From an uncultured Candidatus Rokubacteria bacterium (lineage in GTDB: Bacteria > Methylomirabilota > Methylomirabilia > Rokubacteriales > CSP1-6): a DNA stretch of 64,000 nucleotides. The position numbers and the translations under genes are program-made. The stretch is taken from positions 64,001 to 128,000 of the forward strand of contig CAVVEU010000024.1 of NCBI GenBank assembly GCA_963747235.1, read 5' to 3'. The notes under the pieces were generated by a model. That model made no database searches and was not told the DNA's origin. It saw only the letters and a program-made list of their open reading frames with translations. Numbering within the stretch: the stretch's first letter is position 1; each line of letters begins with the position of its first letter. Shown here piece by piece: positions 18,917-30,301 of the stretch.

Positions 18917-20356
18917 CTAGCGGCCGCGAGCGCGGCGGCGCGGCGTCGGGGCGGGCGCGGGGCGTTCTTCGCTCGCGCCCGCCGCCGGCTGATCGGACTG
19001 CAGCAGCGGGATATTGGCCTCGCGGAGCGGGCGGCCGACGTGGTCGCGGATCCACTTGCCGTCCCACCACTCGACCGGCGTCACCGAGACGCCCTGGATG
19101 AGCACCTCGAAGTGCAGGTGATCGCCGAGCGCCAGGCCGGTGGCGCCGCTCTTGCCGAGCTCCTGGCCCTTCTTCACCTCGTCGCCTTCCTTCACCTCGA
19201 GGGTGGAGAGGTGGCCGTAGAGGGTCTGCAGCCCCCAGCCGTGATCCACCACCACCGTGTTGCCGTAGATGTTGAGCGGCGCCGCGTAGACGACCACGCC
19301 CGAATTGGCGGCGGGAATCGCGCTGTTCTTCAGCGACGCCAGGTCGTAGCCCAGGTGCACCTGGGTGTCCACGTCCTTGCCCTGGTAGCGGTAGGTGCGC
19401 GTCTCCGCGAAGTTGGAGAACACCTTCGTGTTGCGCGGCTGGATGAAGGCGCCCTCGAAGAGCGGCGACGGCTTGCTCTTCTGCGCGAGCTTCTTCTTCA
19501 TCTCCTCGGCTTCCTTCCGCTTGTCGCGGTTCACGATCAGGAAGGCGGAGAGGAGCTGGTCGGGCGCGATCTGCCCGCGCTCGGGCAGGAGCTCGGGCAT
19601 CTTGCTCGCGAGGAACTGCTCGCTCACCTCGATGGTGTCCATCGGGAACTTGCGCGGGCGGATGTCCACCGCGAGCGCGCGCGAGACCGCGTTGCCGGCT
19701 TCGTCCTGCGCGGTGGCGGTGACCGGCGCGTTCGGGACGAGGTTCCACGGCAGCGCGTAGAGCACCGCGTGCAGCCCGGTGTCCGGGGCGCCCGCCGGGA
19801 AGCCGGGGAAGAACAGGTCGCCCACGTTGACGCCGACGCGCGCCGCGCCCTTGGTGCGCACCGCCACCAGGGCGCCACCGCCGCGGGAGAGATAGCGCGT
19901 CGAGGCCAGGACCTCGAGCGTGGGTGGCGTGAAGTCGAGCATGATCGGCAGGTTCGCGATCATGCGGTCGTCCACGCGGATGGGCCGCCAGAAGCCGTCG
20001 CGCGCGCGCACTTCCAGGTTGGCCGCGCCCTCGCGCAGGCCGAGCGTGCCGCCCGCCACGATGAGCTGCACGCGCTGCTCGTTGCCGGCCGGGCCGCCCG
20101 AGAAGGTCTGCTGCGCGACGTTGACGCGCGTGCCGCCCTGGTTGAGCCGGATGTCCACCGACTCCACCCCGCCGCGCGTGGCGCGCAGGACGAGCGTGAT
20201 CGGGGTGCGCGCTCCGATGAACTGCGGCACCGGCTGGAACTCCACGCGCACCGCGGACACACTCTGCCGCCACGCCAGATACCCGATCGCCCCCAGCACG
20301 AGGACGATGGGCACCACGAAGATGACGAGCCACACGCGCGCGCTCGAACGAGCCAC
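18917..20356 (-). CDS. M23 family metallopeptidase with N-terminal membrane anchor
   Basis: HLGYDLA, YGNTVVVDHG..TLYGHLS, GDHLHF. Confidence 0.9.
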   Translation of the reverse strand: MARSSARVWLVIFVVPIVLVLGAIGYLAWRQSVSAVRVEFQPVPQFIGARTPITLVLRATRGGVESVDIRLNQGGTRVNVAQQTFSGGPAGNEQRVQLIVAGGTLGLREGAANLEVRARDGFWRPIRVDDRMIANLPIMLDFTPPTLEVLASTRYLSRGGGALVAVRTKGAARVGVNVGDLFFPGFPAGAPDTGLHAVLYALPWNLVPNAPVTATAQDEAGNAVSRALAVDIRPRKFPMDTIEVSEQFLASKMPELLPERGQIAPDQLLSAFLIVNRDKRKEAEEMKKKLAQKSKPSPLFEGAFIQPRNTKVFSNFAETRTYRYQGKDVDTQVHLGYDLASLKNSAIPAANSGVVVYAAPLNIYGNTVVVDHGWGLQTLYGHLSTLEVKEGDEVKKGQELGKSGATGLALGDHLHFEVLIQGVSVTPVEWWDGKWIRDHVGRPLREANIPLLQSDQPAAGASEERPAPAPTPRRRARGR

Positions 20357-20426
20357 GCAAGCCATGATAGCAGCCGGTAGGCGGCTCGCGGCCGAACGGT
20401 CGACGCGGCAGAACCGTCGGGGCCGA

Positions 20427-20470
20427 AGCTTTGCGAGGTGAGCCGAAGGCGAGCCGAGCGCATTCAAAAA
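20427..20470 (+). repeat. GA-hairpin dispersed repeat, copy 1 (intergenic)
   Basis: GCGAGGTGAGCCGAAGGCGAGCCGAGC; matches copies at 33555, 52790 and 53974. Confidence 0.8.
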
Positions 20471-20502
20471 GAGAAGCCCCCGTTTATGCTAGACAGGGAC
20501 CC

Positions 20503-20966
20503 GTGTCCACCCACCGCCCGAGACTGGGGAAAAATCTTCCGCGTCAACCGCCACGGCAGGCTTCGTCGCCAGCGCCGCGCTCCACCTCGCCACGTTCACC
20601 CCGTTCCCGCCCGCCTACGCCGCCGCGGTCGCCCTGGTGCTGTTCGCGGGCGCCTTCGCGCTGCTGGCCGCCCTGATCGTGCGCCTCCGCGAGGCCGGCG
20701 CCCCCGCGCGCGGGCGGGGCGCGATCCGGATGGTGGAGTGGCGCGGGCTGGCGGCCCTCATCCCGATGGGGGCGCGGCGGGTCGGCGTGGCGGTGGTCGC
20801 GTACGTCCTGATGAACCTGGCGCTGTCGCTCTTTCTGATCGACGACGGCGTCGGGAGCGTGCGGCTGCTCTCCGGCCACCTGCTGCTCTTCTACCTGATT
20901 CCGCTGATGTATTTCCGCTTCGTGGAGCCGCGGCTGCGCGACGGCGGCGAGCCGCCGCGTCCTTGA
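20503..20966 (+). CDS. Hypothetical integral membrane protein (start uncertain; probable frameshift near 20530)
   Basis: About four hydrophobic segments (GFVASAALHL, VALVLFAGAFALLA, VAVVAYVLMNL, GHLLLFYLIPLMYF). Confidence 0.55.
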
Positions 20967-20991
20967 CACCCTGATCCCTTTCCCTTAGAGT
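20963..20991 (+). promoter_or_regulatory. Sigma70-type promoter for nuoLMN
   Basis: TTGACA-N17-TAGAGT about 30 nt upstream of the nuoL ATG. Confidence 0.65.
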
Positions 20992-21020
20992 GATGCGGGT
21001 TTGCACCCGAAACCACACTC

Positions 21021-22902
<1,882 letters not shown>

Positions 22903-22907
22903 CCCGC

Positions 22908-24425
22908 ATGGCCTACCTGCTCTCGCTCGTCACCTTCCTGCCGGTGCTGGGCGCCGTGCTCGTCCTGCTGCTGCCGCGCCGCCAGGAGCACGTGACCAAG
23001 CTGGTGACGCTGGGCGCCACCCTCGTCACCTTCGTGATCTCGCTCCCGCTCTACTTCCGCTTCGACCCGACCTCCGCGGACTACCAGTTCGTGGAGCAGA
23101 AGGCGTGGATCCCGTCGCTGGGGGTGAGCTATCACCTGGGCGTGGACGGCATCAGCGTGCTGCTCGTGCTGCTGACCACCTTCCTGATGCCGCTGGTGAT
23201 CCTGTCCTCGTGGACGTCGGTGGAGTCGCGGTGGAAGGAGTTCGCGGTCACCATGCTGCTGCTGGAAGCGGGGATGATCGGGGTCTTCGTGGCTCTCGAC
23301 CTCTTCCTCTTCTACGTCTTCTGGGAGGCGATGCTGATCCCGATGTACCTCATCATCGGGATCTGGGGCGGCCACAACCGGATCTACGCGGCGGTCAAGT
23401 TCATCCTCTATACGCTGGCCGGCTCGCTCCTGATGCTGGTCGCCATCCTGGCGCTCTACTTCCAGCACGGCGCGGCCACCAACGTCTACACCTTCGACCT
23501 GCCGGTGCTCGCGCGCTACGTGCTGCCGGGCGGGCGGGCGCAGGACCTGATGTTCTTCGCCTTCGCGCTCGCCTTCGCGATCAAGGTGCCGATGTTCCCG
23601 TTCCACACGTGGCTGCCCGACGCCCACGTGGAGGCGCCCACCGCGGGCAGCGTGATCCTGGCCGGCGTGCTCCTGAAGATGGGCACCTACGGCTTCCTGC
23701 GCTTCTGCCTGCCGCTGTTCCCGGACGCGAGCCTGCACTACGCGCCGTGGATGTTCACGCTCTCCGTCATCGGCATCATCTACGGGGCGTGGGTCTCCAC
23801 CGTGCAGCCCGACATCAAGAAGCTGGTGGCCTATTCCAGCGTGAGCCACCTGGGCTTCGTGGTGCTCGGGCTCTTCACGCTCACCGCGCAGGGGATGGTG
23901 GGCGGCCTCATCCAGATGGTGAGCCACGGGCTCAGCACCGGCGCGCTCTTCCTCATGGTCGGGATGATCTACGAGCGGCGGCACACCCGGCTGATCGCCG
24001 ACTTCGGCGGGCTGTGGAAGGTGATCCCCGCCTTCAGCGTCATCTTCCTGGTGGTGTGCCTTTCCTCGGTGGGGCTGCCCGGGCTCAACGGCTTCGTGGG
24101 CGAGTTCCTCATCCTGGTGGGCGCCTTCCAGGTGAACCGGCTCGCCGCGGTGCTGGCGACCTCCGGCATCATCTTCGCCGCGGTCTACCTGCTGTGGATG
24201 TACCAGCGCGTGTGCTTCGGCGAGGTCACCCACGAGGCGAATCGCCGGCTGACCGATCTGAACCTGCGGGAGTGGGCGGTGCTGCTGCCCGTGCTCCTGT
24301 TCATCTTCTGGATCGGGGTCTACCCGACCACCTTCACCGCGATGACCGAGCCGAGCGTGCAGGCCCTGATCGCCCAGGTGCAGAGCAAGGCGCAGGCGAC
24401 CGCCTCCGCGATGGTGACGCGGTGA
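22908..24425 (+). CDS. nuoM: NADH-quinone oxidoreductase subunit M
   Basis: LGVDGIS, FYVFWEAMLIP, KVPMFPFHTWLPDAHVEAPTAGS, AYSSVSH. Confidence 0.95.
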   Translation: MAYLLSLVTFLPVLGAVLVLLLPRRQEHVTKLVTLGATLVTFVISLPLYFRFDPTSADYQFVEQKAWIPSLGVSYHLGVDGISVLLVLLTTFLMPLVILSSWTSVESRWKEFAVTMLLLEAGMIGVFVALDLFLFYVFWEAMLIPMYLIIGIWGGHNRIYAAVKFILYTLAGSLLMLVAILALYFQHGAATNVYTFDLPVLARYVLPGGRAQDLMFFAFALAFAIKVPMFPFHTWLPDAHVEAPTAGSVILAGVLLKMGTYGFLRFCLPLFPDASLHYAPWMFTLSVIGIIYGAWVSTVQPDIKKLVAYSSVSHLGFVVLGLFTLTAQGMVGGLIQMVSHGLSTGALFLMVGMIYERRHTRLIADFGGLWKVIPAFSVIFLVVCLSSVGLPGLNGFVGEFLILVGAFQVNRLAAVLATSGIIFAAVYLLWMYQRVCFGEVTHEANRRLTDLNLREWAVLLPVLLFIFWIGVYPTTFTAMTEPSVQALIAQVQSKAQATASAMVTR

Positions 24426-25894
24426 ACCCGGCGCTCGTGCTCCCGGTGGTGGACCTGCGGCCGCTCCTGCCGATGCTGGTGCTCGCCGCGACCGCGGTCG
24501 TGGTGATCCTGCTCGACCTGCTGCCCCCGCGGGACCGCAAGGACCACCTGGGCTTCGTCAGCGCGCTCGGCGTGGTGCTGACGCTGGTCATGACCTACTG
24601 GATGACCTTCTCGATCGGCGGCGGCGAGCTGCGGGGTTTCCGCGGCATGGTGGTGCTCGATCCCTTCGCGCTCTTCTTCAACGTGGTGATCGGCTACGCC
24701 ACCGGGCTCGTCATCCTGCTGTCGATGGACTACATCCGCCGCGAGGGCCAGGAGGCGGGCGAGTTCTACATCCTGATCCTGCTCTCCTCGCTCGGCATGA
24801 TGCTGATGGCCTCCGCGGGCGACCTGATCATCGTCTTCCTCGGGCTCGAGACGATGTCCATCGCGCTCTACGTGCTCACCGGATTCTTCCGCCACCGCCT
24901 CGAGGCGGGCGAGGCCTCGCTGAAGTACTTCCTGATGGGCGCCTTCGCCTCCGGCTTCTTCCTCTACGGCATCGCGCTCATCTTCGGGGCCACCGGCTCC
25001 ACCAACCTCGACCGCATCGCCAACGCGGTGGCCGCGGGGGCGGGGCGCGATCCGATGCTGGCGATCGGCTTCGGCCTCCTGCTGGTGGGCTTCGGCTTCA
25101 AGATCTCCTCGGTGCCGTTCCACATGTGGGCGCCCGACGCGTACGAGGGCGCGCCCACCTCGATCACCGCCTTCATCGCCACCGGCTCCAAGGCGGCCGC
25201 CTTCGCCTCGCTGCTGCGCGTGCTCCTCACCGCGCTGCGCGGCGCCCCGCTCGACTGGCCCATGCTCATGTGGGGCATGGCCGCGATCACCATGACGGTG
25301 GGCAACGTGATCGCGCTGGCCCAGCAGAACATCAAGCGCATGCTCGCCTACTCCTCGATCGCCCACGTGGGCTACATGCTGGTGGGCGTGGTGGCGGGCG
25401 GCTCGCTGGGCAACGGCGCCGTGCTCTTCTACCTGCTCGTGTACACGTTCACCACCGCGGGCGCCTTCGGGGCGGTGCTGCTGCTCGAGCGCAACGGGCG
25501 CGAGGCGGTGCAGCTCGCCGACTACGGCGGCCTCGCCACGCGGCACCCGGTGCTGGCGGTGGCGCTGTCCGTGTTCCTGCTCTCGCTGATCGGCATCCCG
25601 CCCACCGCGGGCTTCGTGGGCAAGTTCTACCTCTTCGGCGCCGCCGTGAAGTCGGGCTACGTGTGGCTGGCCGTGATCGGCGTGCTGAACTCCGCGGTCG
25701 CCGCCTACTACTACCTGCGCCTCATCGTCCTCATGTACATGCGCGAGCCCGAGGGCGCGCCCACCGTGATGGCCCCGTCGCTCTCCGGCGCCCTGGCCCT
25801 GGTGGTGGCCCTCTGGGGCGTGGTGCAGCTCGGGGTGGCCCCCGGCCCCCTCTTCGACCTGGCCCAGGCCGCCGTCATCCCGCTGCTGCGGTAG
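24422..25894 (+). CDS. nuoN: NADH-quinone oxidoreductase subunit N
   Basis: EASLKYFLMG, FKISSVPFHMWAPDAYEGAPT, KRMLAYSSIAH, GIPPTAGFVGK. Confidence 0.95.
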   Translation: MNPALVLPVVDLRPLLPMLVLAATAVVVILLDLLPPRDRKDHLGFVSALGVVLTLVMTYWMTFSIGGGELRGFRGMVVLDPFALFFNVVIGYATGLVILLSMDYIRREGQEAGEFYILILLSSLGMMLMASAGDLIIVFLGLETMSIALYVLTGFFRHRLEAGEASLKYFLMGAFASGFFLYGIALIFGATGSTNLDRIANAVAAGAGRDPMLAIGFGLLLVGFGFKISSVPFHMWAPDAYEGAPTSITAFIATGSKAAAFASLLRVLLTALRGAPLDWPMLMWGMAAITMTVGNVIALAQQNIKRMLAYSSIAHVGYMLVGVVAGGSLGNGAVLFYLLVYTFTTAGAFGAVLLLERNGREAVQLADYGGLATRHPVLAVALSVFLLSLIGIPPTAGFVGKFYLFGAAVKSGYVWLAVIGVLNSAVAAYYYLRLIVLMYMREPEGAPTVMAPSLSGALALVVALWGVVQLGVAPGPLFDLAQAAVIPLLR

Positions 25895-25901
25895 TGAGCT
25901 C

Positions 25902-25984
25902 ACCCTCACCCCAACCCTCTCCCTCAGGGAGGGAGAGGGGGTCGGAGGTCTCCCTCCCCCTGGGGAGAGGGCAGGGTGAGGGGT
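25902..25984. repeat. CCCTCACCCC/CCCTCTCCC..GGGAGAGGG-type palindromic REP element (two inverted units)
   Basis: CCCTCACCCCAACCCTCTCCCTCAGGGAGGGAGAGGGG ... CCCTCCCCCTGGGGAGAGGGCAGGGTGAGGG. Confidence 0.8.
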
Positions 25985-25988
25985 TCTA

Positions 25989-26768
25989 GTGCGCCCCAAG
26001 CTCCCCTATCGCGGCTGGCTCTTCGACCTCGACGGCACCGTCTACGTCGGCGACCGCCTGATTCCCGGCGCGGCCGAGTGTCTCGCGACCCTCCGCGCGG
26101 CCGGCCGCCGGATCGCGTTCCTCACCAACAAGCCGCTCCAGACCCGCGCCGAGTACGCGGCCAAGCTCACGCGCCTGGGGGTGCCCGCCGCGCCCGACGA
26201 CGTCATCAACTCCTCGCTGGTGCTCGCGCGCTACCTGCGCGACCGCGACCCCGGGGCGCCGGTCTTCGTGATCGGCGAGCCGCCGATGCTCGAGGAGATG
26301 CGCGCCCACGGCTTCGAGGTGCGGGCCGACGAGCGCGTGCGCTGGGTGGTGATCGCCTTCGACCGCACCTTCGACTACGCCAAGCTCAACACCGCGCTGC
26401 AGGCGGTGAAGCAGGGCGCGCGGCTCATCGCCACCAATCCCGATCGCACCTGCCCGGTGGAGGGCGGCGAGATCCCGGACTGCGCGGGCATGATCGCGGC
26501 GGTGGAGGCGGTGACCGACCGGAAGGTGGAGACGATCGTCGGGAAGCCGTCGCCGATCATCCTGGAAGTCGCGCTCGCCGCGCTCGGCGTCCCCGCGGGC
26601 GAGGCGGTGATGGTGGGCGATCGCATCGACACCGACATCGTGATGGGCCGGCGCCTCGGCCTCGGCACCGTGCTCGTGCTGAGCGGCGTCACGCGCGCGG
26701 ACGATCCGCGAATCGCCGCGGTCGCTCCGGACCACGTGGTACGATCCATCCGGGACTTGGTGGAGTGA
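25989..26768 (+). CDS. HAD-IIA family hydrolase (NagD-like phosphatase)
   Basis: FDLDGTV, FLTN, IATNPD, VGKPS, MVGDRIDTDI, VLSGVT. Confidence 0.92.
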   Translation: MRPKLPYRGWLFDLDGTVYVGDRLIPGAAECLATLRAAGRRIAFLTNKPLQTRAEYAAKLTRLGVPAAPDDVINSSLVLARYLRDRDPGAPVFVIGEPPMLEEMRAHGFEVRADERVRWVVIAFDRTFDYAKLNTALQAVKQGARLIATNPDRTCPVEGGEIPDCAGMIAAVEAVTDRKVETIVGKPSPIILEVALAALGVPAGEAVMVGDRIDTDIVMGRRLGLGTVLVLSGVTRADDPRIAAVAPDHVVRSIRDLVE

Positions 26769-28402
26769 GCGCGCCCGCGAATCGGCTGGAAGGGCTTGAC
26801 GGCGCCGCGCTGGACGCCGTGGTGATCGGCGGCGGCATGGCGGGGGCGGGAGTGGCGCGCGACCTGGCTCTCCGCGGCGCCTCGGTCGCGCTGTTCGAGA
26901 AGGGCGATTTCGCCTCCGGCACCTCGTCGAAGTCCTCCAAGCTGATCCACGGCGGGCTTCGCTACCTCGAGCTGGGCGACTTCAAGCTGGTGCGCGAGTC
27001 GCTGCGCGAGAAGAAGACGCTCGAGCGCCTCGCCCCGCACCTGGTGCGCCCGCTGCCCTTCCTGGTGCCGGTCTACCGCGGCGCCTCGCGCGGCCTCATC
27101 AAGGTGCGCCTGGGCATGTGGCTCTACGACCTGCTCACCCCGGGCAAGAACAGCGAGCGCTACCGCGTGCTGCGGCCCGAGGCCGCGCTCTCGATGGAGC
27201 CGAACGTGCGGGCGGAGGACCTGCGCGGAGCCGGCTACTACTTCGACGACCTGCTGCTCTTCCCGGAGCGCCTCTGCCTCGAGAACGTGCTCTCGGCGGC
27301 GCGCCACGGAGCCCGGGTCCTCAACTACTGCCAGGTCGAGGCGTTCATCCCGGGCGCCCGCGGGCTCGACGGCGTGCAGGTGCGCGATCTCCTCTCGGGC
27401 CAGGTGCAGGCGGTCAAGGCGCGCACGATCGTGAACTGCGCGGGGCCGTGGGTGGACGGCCTGCGCGCGCTCGCGGGCATGGCCGAGCGGAGCCCGCGGC
27501 TGCTGCGCACCACCAAGGGCATCCACTGCCTGCTGCCGCGCATGACCGACCGCGCGGTCTACCTCTCCACCCACGACGAGCGGATGATCTTCGTCATCCC
27601 GTGGCACGGCTTCTCACTGGTCGGCACCACCGACACCGACTTCGACGGCGATCCGGACCGCCTGTGGGCCACCCGCGACGAGGTGACCTACCTGCTCGAC
27701 GAGGTGGCCAAGGTGCTGCCGGACAAGCGCGTCGCCTTCGAGAACGTGGCCTACACCTACGCGGGCGTGCGGCCGCTCTCCTTCGAGCCGGGCCGCTCCG
27801 CCTCCGCGGTCTCGCGCGAGCACCGGGTGATCCCGGAGGGGCCGGACGGACGCTTCCTCTCCGTCACCGGCACCAAGCTGACCTGCTTCCGCAGCCTGGC
27901 CGAGGACGTGGGGGACCGGGTGATGCGCGTGCTGGGCCGCAAGGAGGCCTCGCGCACCGCGCGGGCCATGCTCGACGGCACCGACGAGGAGGCCGGCAAG
28001 ATCGAGGTGCGCGCGTGGATGGACGTGTCAGAAGAAATGGCGTCCACCGGCTTGTCCCGTGCGACGCTCAAGACGCTGGTGGAGACCTACGGTCGTGCCT
28101 TCCCGCGCGTGCTCGAGCTGGGGCGCAAGCTGCCCGACGGCTTCGAGCGCCTCTGCCCGAGCAATCCCGAGATCGTGGCCCAGCTCCACCATGCGGTCCG
28201 CGAGGAGCTGGCGGTGTCGCTGCAGGACGTGATGCTGCGGCGCACCGGCATCGGCCAGAGCCGCTGCCAGGGCCTCGACTGCGTGGAGCCCATCGCCGCG
28301 CGCATGGCCGAGCTGGCGGCCTGGACGCCGCGCCGTCTCGACGCCGAGCTCGAGGCGTACTCGCAGCACGTGGAGCTGAGCCGGCGGTTCCGGCACCGCT
28401 GA
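26765..28402 (+). CDS. glpD: FAD-dependent glycerol-3-phosphate dehydrogenase/oxidase
   Basis: IGGGMAG, DFASGTSSKSSKLIHGGLRYLE, VGTTDT, YAGVRPL. Confidence 0.92.
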   Translation: MSAPANRLEGLDGAALDAVVIGGGMAGAGVARDLALRGASVALFEKGDFASGTSSKSSKLIHGGLRYLELGDFKLVRESLREKKTLERLAPHLVRPLPFLVPVYRGASRGLIKVRLGMWLYDLLTPGKNSERYRVLRPEAALSMEPNVRAEDLRGAGYYFDDLLLFPERLCLENVLSAARHGARVLNYCQVEAFIPGARGLDGVQVRDLLSGQVQAVKARTIVNCAGPWVDGLRALAGMAERSPRLLRTTKGIHCLLPRMTDRAVYLSTHDERMIFVIPWHGFSLVGTTDTDFDGDPDRLWATRDEVTYLLDEVAKVLPDKRVAFENVAYTYAGVRPLSFEPGRSASAVSREHRVIPEGPDGRFLSVTGTKLTCFRSLAEDVGDRVMRVLGRKEASRTARAMLDGTDEEAGKIEVRAWMDVSEEMASTGLSRATLKTLVETYGRAFPRVLELGRKLPDGFERLCPSNPEIVAQLHHAVREELAVSLQDVMLRRTGIGQSRCQGLDCVEPIAARMAELAAWTPRRLDAELEAYSQHVELSRRFRHR

Positions 28403-28764
28403 TGGCGCGCCTCGCCCGCGGTCTCGTGCTCCTCCTGGTCGCCGCCCTGGCGCTCGGCTGGGCCGCGCCGGCGCGCGCGGCCGACGACGCGTGGCTGCTC
28501 GGCCGCTGGGAGCTGACGCGCTCGCCGGACGGCGACAAGAAGGACTGGCTCGAGTTCGCCCCGGACGGCCGGATGACCTCGATCACGTCGGACGGCCGGC
28601 GCCTGGGCGGGCAGTACTCGGTCGCGGGGCAAGAGGTCCAGCTCAACTACAAGGTCGGCAACCAGTCCATCCTGATCACGCTCACCTACGGGCCCGACAG
28701 GGCGCAGCTCTACGCGCGCTCGGCCCGGACCGGGTACACCGCGGTCTACGAGAAGCGGCCATAG
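28402..28764 (+). CDS. Hypothetical secreted beta-rich protein
   Basis: Signal peptide ending ARA-ADD; LLGRWEL..LEFAPDG (lipocalin-like pattern); TGATG coupling to glpD. Confidence 0.65.
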   Translation: MARLARGLVLLLVAALALGWAAPARAADDAWLLGRWELTRSPDGDKKDWLEFAPDGRMTSITSDGRRLGGQYSVAGQEVQLNYKVGNQSILITLTYGPDRAQLYARSARTGYTAVYEKRP

Positions 28765-28776
28765 CCGGGTCAACAG

Positions 28777-28890
28777 TGCTATATTCCGACCGCCCGCGAG
28801 ACGGTACCTCGGGGGACGATACGGAAACGTGATTCGGCCGCAACCCGGCCGAGATACCTGATCGATAGCCTGAGCCACCACGGTCCACAA
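28777..28890 (+). promoter_or_regulatory. Extended -10 (TGcTATATT) followed by a structured 5' leader of ugpB
   Basis: Nested stems CTCGGG/CCTGAG, CGAT/ATCG, ACG-GAAA-CGT, TCGGCCG/CGGCCGA. Confidence 0.45.
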
Positions 28891-28908
28891 AAACACTGGA
28901 GGGTCACC

Positions 28909-30272
28909 ATGCCACAGACAAGGAAGTCCTGGTGGATCGCGCTGGCGTCGCTCGTGCTGATCGGCGCCGCCGCGCTCGGGTACCACGCGCAGCCGGCGCG
29001 GGCCCAGTCCCCACGCGTGACGGTGGAGTTCTGGCACGGGCTGGCCATGCCGCTCGGCGGCATCCTCGAGAAGATCGTCACCGACTTCAACGAGTCGCAG
29101 ACCCAGTACCAGGTCAACGCCACCTTCAAGGGCTCGTATCCCGAGACCATGGTGGCGGCGATCGCCGCGTTCCGGGCCGGCAACGCGCCGCACATCGTGC
29201 AGATGTTCGAGGTGGGCACCGCGACCATGATGTCGGCGCGCGGGGCGATCAAGCCGGTGCACGAGCTGATGAAGGAGTCCGGGGTGGCGTTCGATCCCGC
29301 CGCGTACCTGCCCTCGGTGGCGCGGCTACTACAGCCTGCCCGACGGCCGGATGATGGCGATGCCGTTCAACAGCTCGACCACGATCATGTTCTACAACAA
29401 GGACGCCTTCAAGAAGGCGGGGCTCGATCCGAACAAGCCGCCCCAGACCTGGACCGACCTGCGCGCCGCGGCCCAGAAGATCCGCGCGGCCAACGCGACG
29501 CCGTGCGGCTTCACCACCGCGTGGCCCACGTGGGCGCAGTTCGAGCAGTTCAGCGCGATCCACAACGTGCCGCTGGCCACCAAGGCCAACGGCCTGGACG
29601 GGCTCGACGCGGAGCTCAAGATCAACAGCCCGCTGCACGTGCGCCACGTGCAGATGCTGATGGACATGCAGAAGGAAGGCAGCTTCAAGTACGGCGGGCG
29701 CGACGCGGCGGCCGACGCGCTCTTCCCCTCCGGGGAGTGCGCGATCATCCACGCCTCGTCCGGGCTGCGCGCCCGCATCGCGCGAGGAGGCCAAGTTCGA
29801 GTGGGGCGCGGCCATGCTGCCGTACTACCCGGGCACGCCCGACGCGCCCAAGAACTCCATCATCGGCGGCGCCGCCTTCTGGGTGATGACCTCGCCGACC
29901 CGCAAGCCCGAGGAGTACAAGGCGGTGGCCGAGTTCTTCCGCTTCATCAGCCGCCCGGAGGTGGTGGCCAAGTGGCACACCGACACCGGCTTCCTCCCGG
30001 TCACCTTCGCGGGCTACGAGCGGGTGAAGGCCTCCGGCTTCTACCAGCAGAATCCCGGCACCGACATCCCGTTCCTGCAGATGACCCGGACCCCGACCAC
30101 CGAGAACTCGAAGGGCCTGCGGCTCGGCAACATGCCGGAGATCCGGAACATCATCCAGGAAGAGCTGGAGAAGGCGTTCCAGGGGCAGCAGACCGCGCAG
30201 CAGGCGCTCGACAACGCGGTGCAGCGGGGGAACGTGGTGCTGCGCAACTTCGAGCGGGCGAACCGCTCGTAG
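28909..30272 (+). CDS. ugpB: sn-glycerol-3-phosphate ABC transporter substrate-binding protein (frameshifts ~29322 and ~29785)
   Basis: FKGSYPETM..AGNAPHIVQMFEVGTATMM, MPFNSST, KGLRLGNM. Confidence 0.9.
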
Positions 30273-30301
30273 CCGGGAGGGGACGCGGCCGCTGATCGGC
30301 C

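Noticed and set aside
28845-28870. GAGATACCTGATC resembles part of a TPP riboswitch
   Set aside because: Lacks the CTGAGA and TAATGCC..AGGGA elements, and the downstream gene is not thiamine-related; kept only as an unclassified structured leader
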